A stretch of 64,000 nucleotides of DNA from Promethearchaeota archaeon (GCA_016839745.1 JAEOTS010000004.1:1-64000), one strand, 5' to 3'. Positions 9,849 to 20,986 are shown, numbered from the stretch's first letter. Numbers and translations are program-made. Notes: generated by a model not told the origin, from the sequence alone.

Positions 9849-11585
9849 ATGGAAATGAAAATGAGTCCATATGATGAGAAAATATGGATAAAATCTTATG
9901 ATAAACATGTTAAACCCAGTTTAGAATATCCCAAAGAAAGTCTTGGTGATTTATTTGATAAAGCTATGGCTAAATACCCAGAACGCGTTGCATGCTATTT
10001 TATGGATATGGCTATGCCTTTTGGAGAGCTTAAAGAATATGTACATAGATTTGCAACCTTCTTACAAATAAATGGCTTGAAGAAAGGAGATCGAGTAGCA
10101 ATAAATTTAGCCAATTGTCCCCAATATTTAGTAGCTCACCTTGCTACTTTATTAGTAGGGGGCGTAGCTTCTGGTTGTTCACCATTAATGAGTCCCACTG
10201 AAATAGCATACCAAATAAATGATAGCGAGGCGAAATTCTTTGTTACTTTGGATGCTTTTTACGAAAAGGTATTAACTAAGGTTCTGGATAAAGTACCAAA
10301 ATTAGAGTGCGTAATTACGACAAATATCTCGGATTACATGGGATTGTCTAAAATTAAGGTTACCTTAGGAAAACTGATAGGAAAAATACCTAAAGGAAAA
10401 GTATTACCCTATCCTGGTAAAAAGGTTCTTGATTTTAATGAAGTGATAAAAACAGATGTTGATTTAAAACACGTTGACATAGACATTAAAAATGATCTTG
10501 CTCTACTTCAATATACTGGCGGAACAACGGGTTTGCCTAAGGGAACAGAACTTACTCACGCTAATATTATTACCAATATAGTGCAAATCTCAACTTGGAT
10601 TGATAGAGCAGCAGAGGAACAAGAAGAGGCTAATAATTTGTCTGCTTTTCCTCTATTCCATCTTGCGGGTTTAGCAATGAGTATGGTAACCCTCTATCTC
10701 TCCGCTTCTCAAATCTTAATCGCAAATCCGAGAGATACAGACCATCTAATTAAGGAAATGATAGATAAAAAGCCTATGATAATGGTAAATGTTCCAACTT
10801 TGTTTTTAGCCATAAAAAACAATGAAAAAGCAAAAAGTATTCCAAGTGAAGTCTTAGAAAAAAATGAAGTTTACATTTCTGGAGCCGCTCCATTCCCGGC
10901 TGAAGCTATTAATGATTTTGAAGATAGTATGCAGGCAAAAAATAAAGTATTGGAAGTTTATGGTATGACCGAAACTTCTCCTATACTCACAATGAATCCC
11001 TATTATGGTACAAAAAAGATTGGCACCGTAGGATTACCCGTTCCTGATACCGAGATTAGACTCGTCGATGTTGATACTGGGGAACAAGTTGAGCTTGGAA
11101 AACCAGGAGAAATTATATGTCGTGGCCCCCAAGTTACGCGGGGCTATTACAATAAGCCTGACGCAAATGCCAAGACGATTATTGATGGGTGGTTTCATAC
11201 TGGTGATGTAGGTACAATGGATGAAGATGGGTATATTAAAATTGTAGATCGTACTAAAGATATGTTAATAGTAAGCGGATTTAAAGTATACAGTGTTCAT
11301 GTAGAAGATGTAATGACAAAACATCCAGACATCGAACTAATTGCAATCATAGGTTTGAAAGATCCAGAACGCCCTGGAAGTGAAATTGTTAAAGCAGTTG
11401 TTCAACTTAAAGAAGGAATCCACCCAACTGAACAAGTCAAAGATAATTTAAAAAAATATGCCGTTGACCATCTATCAAAATATGAAAACCCCAAAGTATG
11501 GGAATTCAGAGATTCTTTACCATTAACCGTAGTAGGAAAGGTTTTAAAAAGATCCCTTCGAGAAGAAGCAACAAAAAATAATTAA
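9849..11585 (+). CDS. Long-chain fatty acyl-CoA ligase (AMP-binding)
   Basis: YTGGTTGLPKG, YGMTE, GWFHTGD and the C-terminal LPLTVVGKVLK motifs. Confidence 0.93.
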   Translation: MEMKMSPYDEKIWIKSYDKHVKPSLEYPKESLGDLFDKAMAKYPERVACYFMDMAMPFGELKEYVHRFATFLQINGLKKGDRVAINLANCPQYLVAHLATLLVGGVASGCSPLMSPTEIAYQINDSEAKFFVTLDAFYEKVLTKVLDKVPKLECVITTNISDYMGLSKIKVTLGKLIGKIPKGKVLPYPGKKVLDFNEVIKTDVDLKHVDIDIKNDLALLQYTGGTTGLPKGTELTHANIITNIVQISTWIDRAAEEQEEANNLSAFPLFHLAGLAMSMVTLYLSASQILIANPRDTDHLIKEMIDKKPMIMVNVPTLFLAIKNNEKAKSIPSEVLEKNEVYISGAAPFPAEAINDFEDSMQAKNKVLEVYGMTETSPILTMNPYYGTKKIGTVGLPVPDTEIRLVDVDTGEQVELGKPGEIICRGPQVTRGYYNKPDANAKTIIDGWFHTGDVGTMDEDGYIKIVDRTKDMLIVSGFKVYSVHVEDVMTKHPDIELIAIIGLKDPERPGSEIVKAVVQLKEGIHPTEQVKDNLKKYAVDHLSKYENPKVWEFRDSLPLTVVGKVLKRSLREEATKNN

Positions 11586-11674
11586 TCAATCTTTTTTTTT
11601 ATAAAGTTATTTTAAGGTCTCCATCAATATTAATCATAATTATAATTTAGTTCTAAGTCAAAGAGTGGATTATA

Positions 11675-12955
11675 TTGGTTAATAAAAAAGGTAAAGTTCA
11701 ATGTATAAATGATGAAATCTTGGAAAAACTCTCACTAAAAACCCGAAATAAGTTTTTAAATTACAATTTGATGAGTTTTTTAAAACCGAAGCATTTTAAT
11801 TTCCTTAAACAAGCCCAAAAGTTTTTTGTGAAATTTGAAAATGATAATAATATAACCCATAATGAAGATTTCTACGAATGGATACCCGAAATTGGCAAAA
11901 ACGGATATATTACTCGAATGCATAAATTTGATAATTTTGGATTGGATTTTGATCCCTATGGGATGACAACGGAATTCATGAGAGTTTTAGCAATGGATTT
12001 CTTTGATCCACAGCTAGCAATGGGTGCCGGAGCTACAGTTTTAGCAGTGAACCCCTTATTACTTCACCACGAAGATGTTGACATTCGATTGAAAGCTTTA
12101 AAGGAATTAGTAATGGGAGAAAAAATTGGGTGTATATGCATCACAGAGCCAGAGAGAGGATCTGATGCAGTGCATATGTTAACTACATGTGATGAACAAA
12201 ATGATGGAAGTTATATTTTAAATGGGGAAAAAATATATCAAACCAATGGAAGTAAAGCCGATTGGGCAGTTGTTTATGCAGTTACCGAAAAGAATAATGG
12301 TAATACAATGGCTCAGTTTTTAGTTGATGCATCTTGGGATGGTTGGACCACTGAACGGGTTAATATTCCTTGGACTCCAAGAATCCATATAGGGAAGGAA
12401 ACCATGTCAAATTTAAGTGTTCCTTCAGAATGTGTCTTAGGAAAACCAGGCGAAGGGAGGTCACATTTATTCGAAGGGCTCAATCTAGAACGATTAGGAA
12501 TCGTATGTTTAAATCTAGCGGAAGCATGGAACGCTATAACCCACGCTGTAATATATACGAACATGAGAAAGCAGTTCGATAAGGAAATCTTGAAATATCA
12601 AGGAGTAGGATTTCCTCTTTCTGATTTATGGGCTCAAACTGTGAGCATGACATTAGCAAATTTAAATATTTGCCAAATAATTGATGATAAAATGGAAAAA
12701 CTAGGTACGTTACCTAAAGAATTCAATTTAGCTTTAGTAGCTACTGCTTCCCAACTTAAACGTCTTAGTACGCAACTATGCGAACGAGTTGTTTACGAAT
12801 GTGCTAATCTTATGGGAGGAGCAGGAGTTTGTGATAATACATTAATGCATGATCTTCTAGGAATCACTAGAATTCAGGAAATTGGTGGTGGCACAAGGCA
12901 AGTACAGCAATATATTATGAGTTTAACTCTAAGACAGTTATTTAAACTGCTTTAA
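11675..12955 (+). CDS. Acyl-CoA dehydrogenase
   Basis: CITEPERGSDA, YILNGEKIYQTNG, RKQFDKEI, MGGAG and IGGGT. Confidence 0.9.
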   Translation: MVNKKGKVQCINDEILEKLSLKTRNKFLNYNLMSFLKPKHFNFLKQAQKFFVKFENDNNITHNEDFYEWIPEIGKNGYITRMHKFDNFGLDFDPYGMTTEFMRVLAMDFFDPQLAMGAGATVLAVNPLLLHHEDVDIRLKALKELVMGEKIGCICITEPERGSDAVHMLTTCDEQNDGSYILNGEKIYQTNGSKADWAVVYAVTEKNNGNTMAQFLVDASWDGWTTERVNIPWTPRIHIGKETMSNLSVPSECVLGKPGEGRSHLFEGLNLERLGIVCLNLAEAWNAITHAVIYTNMRKQFDKEILKYQGVGFPLSDLWAQTVSMTLANLNICQIIDDKMEKLGTLPKEFNLALVATASQLKRLSTQLCERVVYECANLMGGAGVCDNTLMHDLLGITRIQEIGGGTRQVQQYIMSLTLRQLFKLL

Positions 12956-13070
12956 TGAATATTTTTTTAAATTATCTCAATTTTTTTTATTATTTTATTA
13001 GTAGAAAACAATTATAAGTAAGCAAATCAAACTCTATATATATTAAAATTAAAGTATTTGAGTTTTAATC

Positions 13071-13892
13071 ATGAATATTGAAGACATTCAAGATATTATT
13101 TATGAGAAGGAAGATAACGGAATCTGTACCATAACTATTAATCAACCCAAAAGGAAAAATGCGTTGTCTTTTCTAACCTTCTTGGAGATAGAAACTGTGT
13201 TAGCTGATATGGAAGCAGACAAAAATGCTCGAGTTCTAATTATTACAGGATGCGAGGAAGCAAATGCGTTTTCATCGGGTGGATATTTTAACATGAATCT
13301 TTATCCTCAGCTCCCTCCAGAAATATTGGAAGAGATTGATTTAACTGATATTGCGGTGAAAAGACTCTGTATGAAATTTTGGTCGTTTTCTAAACCAGTT
13401 ATAGCTGCTATAAACGGATTAGCGGTAGGTGCTGGGTTTACCATGCCTTTAGCAGGAGCGGATTTAATTTATATGGCTGATGACGCGTGGATAGGATTTT
13501 ACTTTATTAGACGGGCAGTTATAGCGGAGTTCAGTTCTCATTTTTTACTTCCTTTTTATCTTGGGTTTCAGAAAGCAAAAGAATTGCTTTATTTTGGTAA
13601 GAAGATAACTGCTCAAGAAGCATATGCTCTTGGATTAGTAAATCAAGTTTTACCCCTCGAAAAATTAATACCCTTTACAAGAGAACAAGCCTTAAAACTA
13701 ATTCCTCCTAAAGGACCTTCTCTATCAATAAAATTGATGAAAAAAACTATACATAACTACTTTACAGAGATTTTATTAAACACTCTAGATCTTGAAAACA
13801 AAGGTCTTAGAAAACTCTTGACCACACACGATTTTAGGGAATCGCTGAAATCCTTAACTACTAAAAAAGATCCAATTTTTAAAGGAAAATGA
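13071..13892 (+). CDS. Enoyl-CoA hydratase/isomerase (crotonase) family protein
   Basis: ITINQPKRKNAL, KPVIAAINGLAVGAG, ITAQEAYALGLVNQV and C-terminal PIFKGK. Confidence 0.9.
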   Translation: MNIEDIQDIIYEKEDNGICTITINQPKRKNALSFLTFLEIETVLADMEADKNARVLIITGCEEANAFSSGGYFNMNLYPQLPPEILEEIDLTDIAVKRLCMKFWSFSKPVIAAINGLAVGAGFTMPLAGADLIYMADDAWIGFYFIRRAVIAEFSSHFLLPFYLGFQKAKELLYFGKKITAQEAYALGLVNQVLPLEKLIPFTREQALKLIPPKGPSLSIKLMKKTIHNYFTEILLNTLDLENKGLRKLLTTHDFRESLKSLTTKKDPIFKGK

Positions 13893-13935
13893 ACAAAATT
13901 AAAATCGATACAAGTTAAGACAGAGTTTAATTAAA

Positions 13936-15456
13936 ATGGTTGATCAAAAAATCGGATTTGATAATGAAAAATATATAAAAGAACAATCTAAGAGCATTCT
14001 TGATCGAGCAGCTCAATTTGGGAATAAATTATATCTCGAATTTGGCGGAAAGCTTGTGTTCGATTATCACGCTTCACGGGTTCTCCCGGGATTCGATCCA
14101 AATGTGAAAATGAAGCTTCTAAAGGTGCTTAAGGATAAAATAGAAGTAATTATTTGCATTTACTCTGGAGATATAGAAAGAAGGAAGATTCGGGCAGATT
14201 TTGGGATAACCTATGATGTAAATGCATTAAAATTAATCGATGATCTTCGAGATGGAGAAATTAATGTAAGCGGGGTGGTAATTACACGTTACAACGGACA
14301 ACAAATAGTAAAACAATTCATGAATAAACTAGAACGACGTGATATTAAAGTTTATACACACGGGTTGATTAGGGGATATCCAACTAATATTGATTTAATC
14401 ATAAGCGAAGAAGGATACGGTGCTAATCCTTACATCGAAACTTCAAAACCGATAATAATAGTTACTGCACCCGGTCCTGGTAGTGGAAAACTGGCAACAT
14501 GTCTTTCCCAAATATATCATGAACACATAAAGGGGATCGATGCGGGCTATGCTAAATTTGAAACCTTTCCAATTTGGAATTTACCATTGAAGCACCCTGT
14601 AAATATGGCTTATGAATCTGCGACTGCTGACCTTATTGATTTTAATCTAGTGGATCCCTTTCATCTTGAAGCTTATGGTGTAATGGCAGTTAATTATAAC
14701 AGAGATGTAGAGATATTTCCCGTGGTTAAGAAAATAATGCAAAGAATTATGGATAGTAGATTAGTCTATAAATCTCCTACGGATATGGGCGTAAATAGAG
14801 CAGGTTATGCAATATTAAACGACGATCTGGTACAACAAGCTGCTAAACAGGAACTGATTAGAAGATATTTGCGATATAGTTGTGAATATGCGATGGGTGC
14901 GTCAGATAAGAAGACTGTACAAAGAGCTGAATTGTTGATGAAAGAACTGAATCTCACTGTTCTTGACCGAAAAGTCGTAATAGAGGCTCGAAAAGCTTCT
15001 AAATCTGCCAAAAAAAAAGGGAAAGGAAACGAAGGTGTATTTGCTGGAGCAGCATTACAATTGGCTAATGGAAAGATTATAACTGGTAGTAATTCATCGT
15101 TGATGCATGCGGCTTCTAGTTTGATCTTAAATACAATTAAAGAATTGGCAGGTATTCCTGATAATATACACCTTTTATCACCTAACATCCTAGAGTCCAT
15201 TAGTTATTTAAAATCAGAAATTTTCAATAACAAACGATTAAGTCTTAATCTCGAAGAAACTCTGATTGCTTTAAGTATCAGCGCTGATTTCAACCACTCT
15301 GCTAAGGTAGCCATAGATAAACTTAAGGAACTAAGAGGATGTGAAATGCATTCGACTCATATACCCACTCCAGGAGATGAAGCTGGTTTAAGACGATTAG
15401 GTCTTAATATAACATCTGATCCAACTTTTTCATCTAAAAGTCTATTTATAACCTAA
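13936..15456 (+). CDS. DUF1846 (UPF0371) family protein
   Basis: KIGFDNEKY, LYLEFGGKL..DYHASRVLPGF, TAPGPGSGKLATCLSQ and SPTDMGVN motifs. Confidence 0.9.
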   Translation: MVDQKIGFDNEKYIKEQSKSILDRAAQFGNKLYLEFGGKLVFDYHASRVLPGFDPNVKMKLLKVLKDKIEVIICIYSGDIERRKIRADFGITYDVNALKLIDDLRDGEINVSGVVITRYNGQQIVKQFMNKLERRDIKVYTHGLIRGYPTNIDLIISEEGYGANPYIETSKPIIIVTAPGPGSGKLATCLSQIYHEHIKGIDAGYAKFETFPIWNLPLKHPVNMAYESATADLIDFNLVDPFHLEAYGVMAVNYNRDVEIFPVVKKIMQRIMDSRLVYKSPTDMGVNRAGYAILNDDLVQQAAKQELIRRYLRYSCEYAMGASDKKTVQRAELLMKELNLTVLDRKVVIEARKASKSAKKKGKGNEGVFAGAALQLANGKIITGSNSSLMHAASSLILNTIKELAGIPDNIHLLSPNILESISYLKSEIFNNKRLSLNLEETLIALSISADFNHSAKVAIDKLKELRGCEMHSTHIPTPGDEAGLRRLGLNITSDPTFSSKSLFIT

Positions 15457-15581
15457 TTTTTTTCCCGCAATAACTAGTTTTAAGATTATCTCGAAATTCT
15501 TATTAGCTGTGTTTGATAATTAATATTTTTATAAAGAAATTATAATTATTTTTGATACTATCGGAGAATGGTAATATAAAA

Positions 15582-17282
15582 ATGTCAGATTTAAGTAATG
15601 GTAATACTCGATTTATATTCATTACGGGGGGTGTAATGTCAGCTGTAGGAAAAGGTGTAGCTACAGCAAGTTTAGGAAAAATACTTCAATTTCGGGGATT
15701 TAATATTTCTGTAGTTAAAATTGATCCATACCTCAATGTCGATCCTGGAACGCTTAATCCAATAGAACATGGAGAATGTTTTATAACCGAAGATGTATGG
15801 GACTTTACACCTGTTCATGGATCAGACGAAAGATCGTATAGAATCTCAGAAATTGATCAAGATTTTGGAACATATTCAAGGTTTCTTGGTATTGAGATGC
15901 ACCCTTCCCATAATATCACTTCTGGTCAAATTTATCTCTCAACAATTTTAAGTGAGAGAAAGGGTAAATTCTTAGGTAAAACTGTGCAATTAATTCCTCA
16001 CGTAACTAATATTATAAAAGAACGATTAATGGAAATCTCCAGAAATGAGAAATTAGATGTGCTTTTAATCGAATGTGGAGGAACTGTAGGCGACTTAGAA
16101 TCTAGTATTTTTCTAGAAGCTTTTCGTCAAATTAAATTGGAATATCCTAACCGCACAGCCCTGGTGCACGTTACACTTGTTCCCTATTCCCGCGCAGTTG
16201 GTCAACAAAAGTCCAAACCTACTCAGCACTCTGTTAAAACGCTCCAGAGCATGGGATTACAACCCGACATAATAATAGGAAGAAGTGAAAAACCTCTTAC
16301 AGATGATATTAGATCAAAAATATCGCTTTATTCGAATGTTCCTGAAGTCGCAGTAATTTCAAATCCGGATTTAGATATTGTGTATGAACTACCTCTATTA
16401 TTTGAGGAACAGGGATTAGGCGATTTTCTATGCGAATTAATAGATCTGAAAGCTAAGCTGGTGTCTTATAGTGAAGTTAATAACTATTCAGAATGGCTGA
16501 AAATGGTTGAAATGTATAAGAGAGCAAATAAAATAGTAAAAATAGCAATGCCCGGAAAATATTTCAACATTTCAGATTCATATATTTCGATTAATGACGC
16601 CTTAGAGCACGCTGCGGCTCACCAAGGTTATAAAACTGAATTGAAAATGATAAATATAACCGAAGAGACTAATATTAAAGAAGAATTGAAAGACTGCGAC
16701 GGAATATTATTAACTCCCGGATTTGGAGGGCGGGCAGTAGAAGGTATGATAAAATCTGCTGAGTACGCAATGGAAAATAAGGTTCCATTTCTTGGCATCT
16801 GTTTTGGAGCACAACTATTCTTTGCAGCCTTTTGTAGAAAGTACTTGGGATTAAAGGATGCAAATTCTTCAGAAATTAATCCTGAGACTCCTTTCCCAGT
16901 AGTGGATCTCTTGAAAAGCCAAGAAGATGTTACTGAAAAAGGTGGAACCATGCGTTTAGGTGCTCAGAAAATTATTGTAAATGAAAATACAAAACTTTAC
17001 GAAGCATATAAACAAAAAGAAATTTTCGAGAGATTTAGGCACAGGTACCATATTCAAGAGCGATTTATAGACGAAAAAGCAAAAGAAATTGGGCTTGTTA
17101 TATCAAGTAGAGACGAAACTGGCGAAATAATCAATAGCATCGAGTTAGATAGAGAAGATCATTGGATGATTGGAACGCAGTTTCATCCAGAGTTCAAATC
17201 TAGGCCCTACGCTCCCTCAAAGGTTTATTACAATTTTATAAACGCGTGCGTGTTGTTTAAAAATAAAAGAAAAGGAAATTAG
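15582..17282 (+). CDS. pyrG: CTP synthase
   Basis: FITGGVMSAVGKG, KIDPYLNVDPGT, KSKPTQHSV, GICFG, RHRY and QFHPEF. ATG at 15582 preferred over TTG at 15552. Confidence 0.96.
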   Translation: MSDLSNGNTRFIFITGGVMSAVGKGVATASLGKILQFRGFNISVVKIDPYLNVDPGTLNPIEHGECFITEDVWDFTPVHGSDERSYRISEIDQDFGTYSRFLGIEMHPSHNITSGQIYLSTILSERKGKFLGKTVQLIPHVTNIIKERLMEISRNEKLDVLLIECGGTVGDLESSIFLEAFRQIKLEYPNRTALVHVTLVPYSRAVGQQKSKPTQHSVKTLQSMGLQPDIIIGRSEKPLTDDIRSKISLYSNVPEVAVISNPDLDIVYELPLLFEEQGLGDFLCELIDLKAKLVSYSEVNNYSEWLKMVEMYKRANKIVKIAMPGKYFNISDSYISINDALEHAAAHQGYKTELKMINITEETNIKEELKDCDGILLTPGFGGRAVEGMIKSAEYAMENKVPFLGICFGAQLFFAAFCRKYLGLKDANSSEINPETPFPVVDLLKSQEDVTEKGGTMRLGAQKIIVNENTKLYEAYKQKEIFERFRHRYHIQERFIDEKAKEIGLVISSRDETGEIINSIELDREDHWMIGTQFHPEFKSRPYAPSKVYYNFINACVLFKNKRKGN

Positions 17283-17587
17283 TCGCGAATAGCTAACACA
17301 ATCAAATCTTCCAAACTTTTCATACCCCTTGATTCGGTATCGCTATAAGTGATGTATTCGTTCTCAGTTAGTTCTACCTCTCCAGAATCAGTAGGAAAAA
17401 CGCCCCTTCCTTTTAATACTAAAAAAACAACTGGATGCGATCCGTGATGAGGTTCGATTTCCAAACCTTTTTTTAAAGAAATTCGCATTACTTTAAATTT
17501 CTCTGAGATATAGATAGGATCTTTTGAAGGTGCGTTTAAATTGAAAGTCTGATTTTCAAAAATATTTTTTGACTCGATAATAATCAC
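17279..17587 (-). CDS. Cupin-domain protein
   Basis: LKKGLEIEPHH...VFLVLKGRG cupin motif; converges on pyrG with a 4-nt overlap. Confidence 0.8.
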   Translation of the reverse strand: MIIIESKNIFENQTFNLNAPSKDPIYISEKFKVMRISLKKGLEIEPHHGSHPVVFLVLKGRGVFPTDSGEVELTENEYITYSDTESRGMKSLEDLIVLAIRD

Positions 17588-17746
17588 CTTTTATACTTGA
17601 TTTAAATATTTTTTTTATATGTAGTCGCGATTTTAAAACTTATTCTTCAGAATTATAAGATAACAACAAAAACAGTAAGTAGAATTATTGCCAATTAGGT
17701 TTTGATTTAATATTTTAAAAGTAATCCAAAAAAAAGGGGGATAGTG

Positions 17747-19198
17747 TTATTCTGAATCGATTTCAAGAATTTTTTTTACGAGATTCTTTTTTTTATCTAG
17801 ATCTACTTGACGAGAGATCATAATTCTTTGCGCCTGAGGTGAACCCGCCCCATGCATCGATTCTGTTCTGTAGCTCACAGAAGCAACACCCATCGTTAAA
17901 TTCTCAATAAAACGAAGTACTTTATATCTGTCTTCAACGCATATTCCTTCACATGTTGTCAAATATTTCTCGATTAAAGGTCCGATTTCCTTTGACTTGA
18001 GATCTGACTCAGAGGGCATAGTACAGATCATTCCTCCAGCGATATCTTCAGCTAATCTCCCGATCTCGTAAGGAAAGCGCGTGACATTCTGTTTACATAC
18101 ATTTGCTAACAACATGTCCATTTCGTAATTTCCCGCTTCTCTCTTAAAACCTAACGAACTACAAGCCACACCACAACTATAGAGCGTTTCGTTGAGATGA
18201 TTCATCTCCACTATTTTATCTCTTACATGTGAGGCTTTATCAGTTCCATTGTACTCAGAGATTAAAGCTGTTGCTCCAATCAATACATCTCCTACTCCCG
18301 CTTTACATCCTCCATAGGATTGTCTATGATAACCGCCAAATCGGTTAACCAATTCACCAGAGAAATCAATTTCACCATTCATAAAGATATTTTCATTTGG
18401 TACGAACACATTCTCAAACACCACGAATATTTCTTGACCACCAAATTTGAAGTTACCAATATCTAATTCATCAGGCTCAATTTTCCGTGTATCGCACGAC
18501 TGTCTACCATAGATCATAGTTATACCCTTCTCGTTAGTATCAATTCCAAAGCTTACCGCGTATTCTTCTTCTCCAGGTCTCAAAGCGAGCGTAGGCATAA
18601 TTATCGCCCGGTGAGAGTTTAAGTATCCTGTCTGATGCACTTTAGCCCCTCGAACGACTATTCCATCATCTCTAGTTTCAACCACGTGTAGATATGCATC
18701 GGGATTTAGTTGATCCTTTGGTCTTTTACTTCTATCTCCTTTTGTATCTGTCATAGCCCCATCGACCATGAGATCTTCCCTTTGAACTTCTGTCCAATAC
18801 TTCTTAAATCGTGCGTGGTAATCAGTACTATGCTTTTTATCCATTTCATAAGTAACGCTATATAAAGAATTCGCTGCGTCAAAACCCACGCATCTTTGGA
18901 AACAACAGGCTGTATGCTGGCCTAACATCCGCTGCATCTGAACTTTTTTTATTAAATCTTCTGTTGATTGATGGATATGGGTAAATCTATTTATAATTTC
19001 ACCAGTTAAATGAGATTTTGTTGTCATCAAATCCTTAAACTCGTCCATTTGGGCTAATTCATAAATTTTCATAACGGTGTTTATCGAGGGTTTAATGATT
19101 GGATGATTCCAGAACTCTTCTACCTTTTCACCGAACATATACAGATTAACTGGTCGTTGGATGCTTTTCAAATATTCTTCTGGAGTTTTTAACGTCAT
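17747..19198 (-). CDS. abfD: 4-hydroxybutyryl-CoA dehydratase / vinylacetyl-CoA isomerase
   Basis: CFQRC and HRQSYGGCKAG [4Fe-4S] ligands, GAMTDTKGDRS and ESMHGAGSPQAQR. Confidence 0.92.
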   Translation of the reverse strand: MTLKTPEEYLKSIQRPVNLYMFGEKVEEFWNHPIIKPSINTVMKIYELAQMDEFKDLMTTKSHLTGEIINRFTHIHQSTEDLIKKVQMQRMLGQHTACCFQRCVGFDAANSLYSVTYEMDKKHSTDYHARFKKYWTEVQREDLMVDGAMTDTKGDRSKRPKDQLNPDAYLHVVETRDDGIVVRGAKVHQTGYLNSHRAIIMPTLALRPGEEEYAVSFGIDTNEKGITMIYGRQSCDTRKIEPDELDIGNFKFGGQEIFVVFENVFVPNENIFMNGEIDFSGELVNRFGGYHRQSYGGCKAGVGDVLIGATALISEYNGTDKASHVRDKIVEMNHLNETLYSCGVACSSLGFKREAGNYEMDMLLANVCKQNVTRFPYEIGRLAEDIAGGMICTMPSESDLKSKEIGPLIEKYLTTCEGICVEDRYKVLRFIENLTMGVASVSYRTESMHGAGSPQAQRIMISRQVDLDKKKNLVKKILEIDSE

Positions 19199-19291
19199 TT
19201 TTCTGATACTTTCCTATTTATTATATAATTAGATCTATAGCTTATACTTTTTAAAAATAGTTCTAATATTTGTAAACTCTTTTTTCATTTT

Positions 19292-19945
19292 TTATTTTTT
19301 ACCTATTGGACATGACTCAATGCAAATATTACACCAAATCACGGTATTTTTAGATAAGGGTTTTAAATTCTTTAAACAATAATTACAGCATAAATCTTTA
19401 TTATACTTTCCTCCTTCTAAAGCCCCAGCTGGACAAGAATTAACGCAAATATTACAATCTTTACAGTATTCGCTCTCCTGAATAGGTACACCATAAGATA
19501 ATTCTGCGTCAGTTACCAACGACCTTAATCTTACTTGAGAACCAAAAGTTTTTGTGATAAGGAGATTATTTTTTCCAATAGGACCAATTCCTGCTAGAGC
19601 AGCAGCATCTTTTAAATATAGTCCTGGCTTATAAGGGATAATTTTAGATTTGAAACTTTTTTTGGCTAAAAAATTCTTTATTCGATGGCATTGATCTAGT
19701 AAAATTAAATCAGCAAAATGAGAACTTTTTCCTTTATCTTCGTCTTTATTCCAAGCGTCTAAAATAATATCATATAAGTGAAACCCAATTACAATTACAG
19801 TTTTAGAATTACTTAGATATGAATCTGGTCTGTTTTCTTTATTAAATTTACCGAAATTAGTTACATCAGTAAACCCAACAATGTCTATGCCGATTTTGTC
19901 GCAATAAGCAATGAGTTCATCTGTGAGTTCTTTGGTGGTTACCAT
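19292..19945 (-). CDS. QueG / reductive-dehalogenase-like iron-sulfur protein
   Basis: AALAGIGPIGKNNLLITKTFGSQVRL, CxxCxxCxxxCP and a second CNICIESCP. Confidence 0.8.
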   Translation of the reverse strand: MVTTKELTDELIAYCDKIGIDIVGFTDVTNFGKFNKENRPDSYLSNSKTVIVIGFHLYDIILDAWNKDEDKGKSSHFADLILLDQCHRIKNFLAKKSFKSKIIPYKPGLYLKDAAALAGIGPIGKNNLLITKTFGSQVRLRSLVTDAELSYGVPIQESEYCKDCNICVNSCPAGALEGGKYNKDLCCNYCLKNLKPLSKNTVIWCNICIESCPIGKK

Positions 19946-19954
19946 AATATCGAG

Positions 19955-20977
19955 TTATAATGTATCATTTTTTTTTGAAGATTGGAACATCTCATTCAAG
20001 AATAAATCGGGATTAATGTTGTTAAATTCATTCCACCATATATTTTTATTCTTGAAATCATCATCATAATTTCTCAAGTCGATTATGGTTATAATATTTT
20101 CTTCAATCAAGGTTGAGGGATTTAAAATTGACTTTTCATTTTCTTCTAAGTATTTCAAATTCAATAGCATGCATTCTTGCAAATCGTCATAAAACAGTAA
20201 AGGGATGTATTTTTTTTCTTTTCTCTCTATTCCATTCTTAGTAGTGGTATCTTTAGGCCATTTATAACCGGAATAATCAAATATTTCAATATCAACTAAT
20301 TCTGGATGGTATTGGGTCTCTGTCACTTTTTTGAATTTTTTATAAAATGTACGGTCTTTCTTTTTGTACATCTCAACAGAAGATTGCTCACCGTTCAGTT
20401 CTATTAGAATTCTATTTTGTTCCAACCTTTTTTTACAGATATCTTCTAATAATTGACAGTATTGGATTGCAGCATTCACAAGATCATCCTCTTGAACATA
20501 ACTTTTAACCATTGTATGCAAGTATGCTTTTAAGAACGCAGAGAAATCTTCTTCGAGGCTATAAAGATTGCCATAAAGGAATCTCGTTGCTTCCCACCAC
20601 GATATCACATTTTTACTTGATAAAGATTTAAACAATTGTTCTGAAGAACGTATTTCAGAGAAGTAAACTAAATTTTTTATTCCTCTATGAAGAAAGTGAT
20701 AAGGGTTAATAACAGCAAGTTGTTCTTCTGAAATCTGAAAGGAAACCACTTCCTTAGGACGAATAATTATTGAGCTTTCACCATTAAATACGCGATCGAC
20801 TCGCATTGGAATTGGTACAATTGAATTTTTTTCGATTGTTTTTATAAGAGAAGCAGTATACGGATTTATATAGAGGGAAGTATCAAAAGGATAAATATCA
20901 ATATAAAAGAAAAAAGGGGCGGCGTCAGATTTATAGGATTTAAATTTTGTTAAAGGTTTCTTGTACAATTTTATCAC
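19955..20977 (-). CDS. Hypothetical protein
   Basis: 340-aa ORF, operonic spacing (9 nt) to both neighbours. Confidence 0.7.
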   Translation of the reverse strand: MIKLYKKPLTKFKSYKSDAAPFFFYIDIYPFDTSLYINPYTASLIKTIEKNSIVPIPMRVDRVFNGESSIIIRPKEVVSFQISEEQLAVINPYHFLHRGIKNLVYFSEIRSSEQLFKSLSSKNVISWWEATRFLYGNLYSLEEDFSAFLKAYLHTMVKSYVQEDDLVNAAIQYCQLLEDICKKRLEQNRILIELNGEQSSVEMYKKKDRTFYKKFKKVTETQYHPELVDIEIFDYSGYKWPKDTTTKNGIERKEKKYIPLLFYDDLQECMLLNLKYLEENEKSILNPSTLIEENIITIIDLRNYDDDFKNKNIWWNEFNNINPDLFLNEMFQSSKKNDTL

Positions 20978-20986
20978 ACTTTTTAT

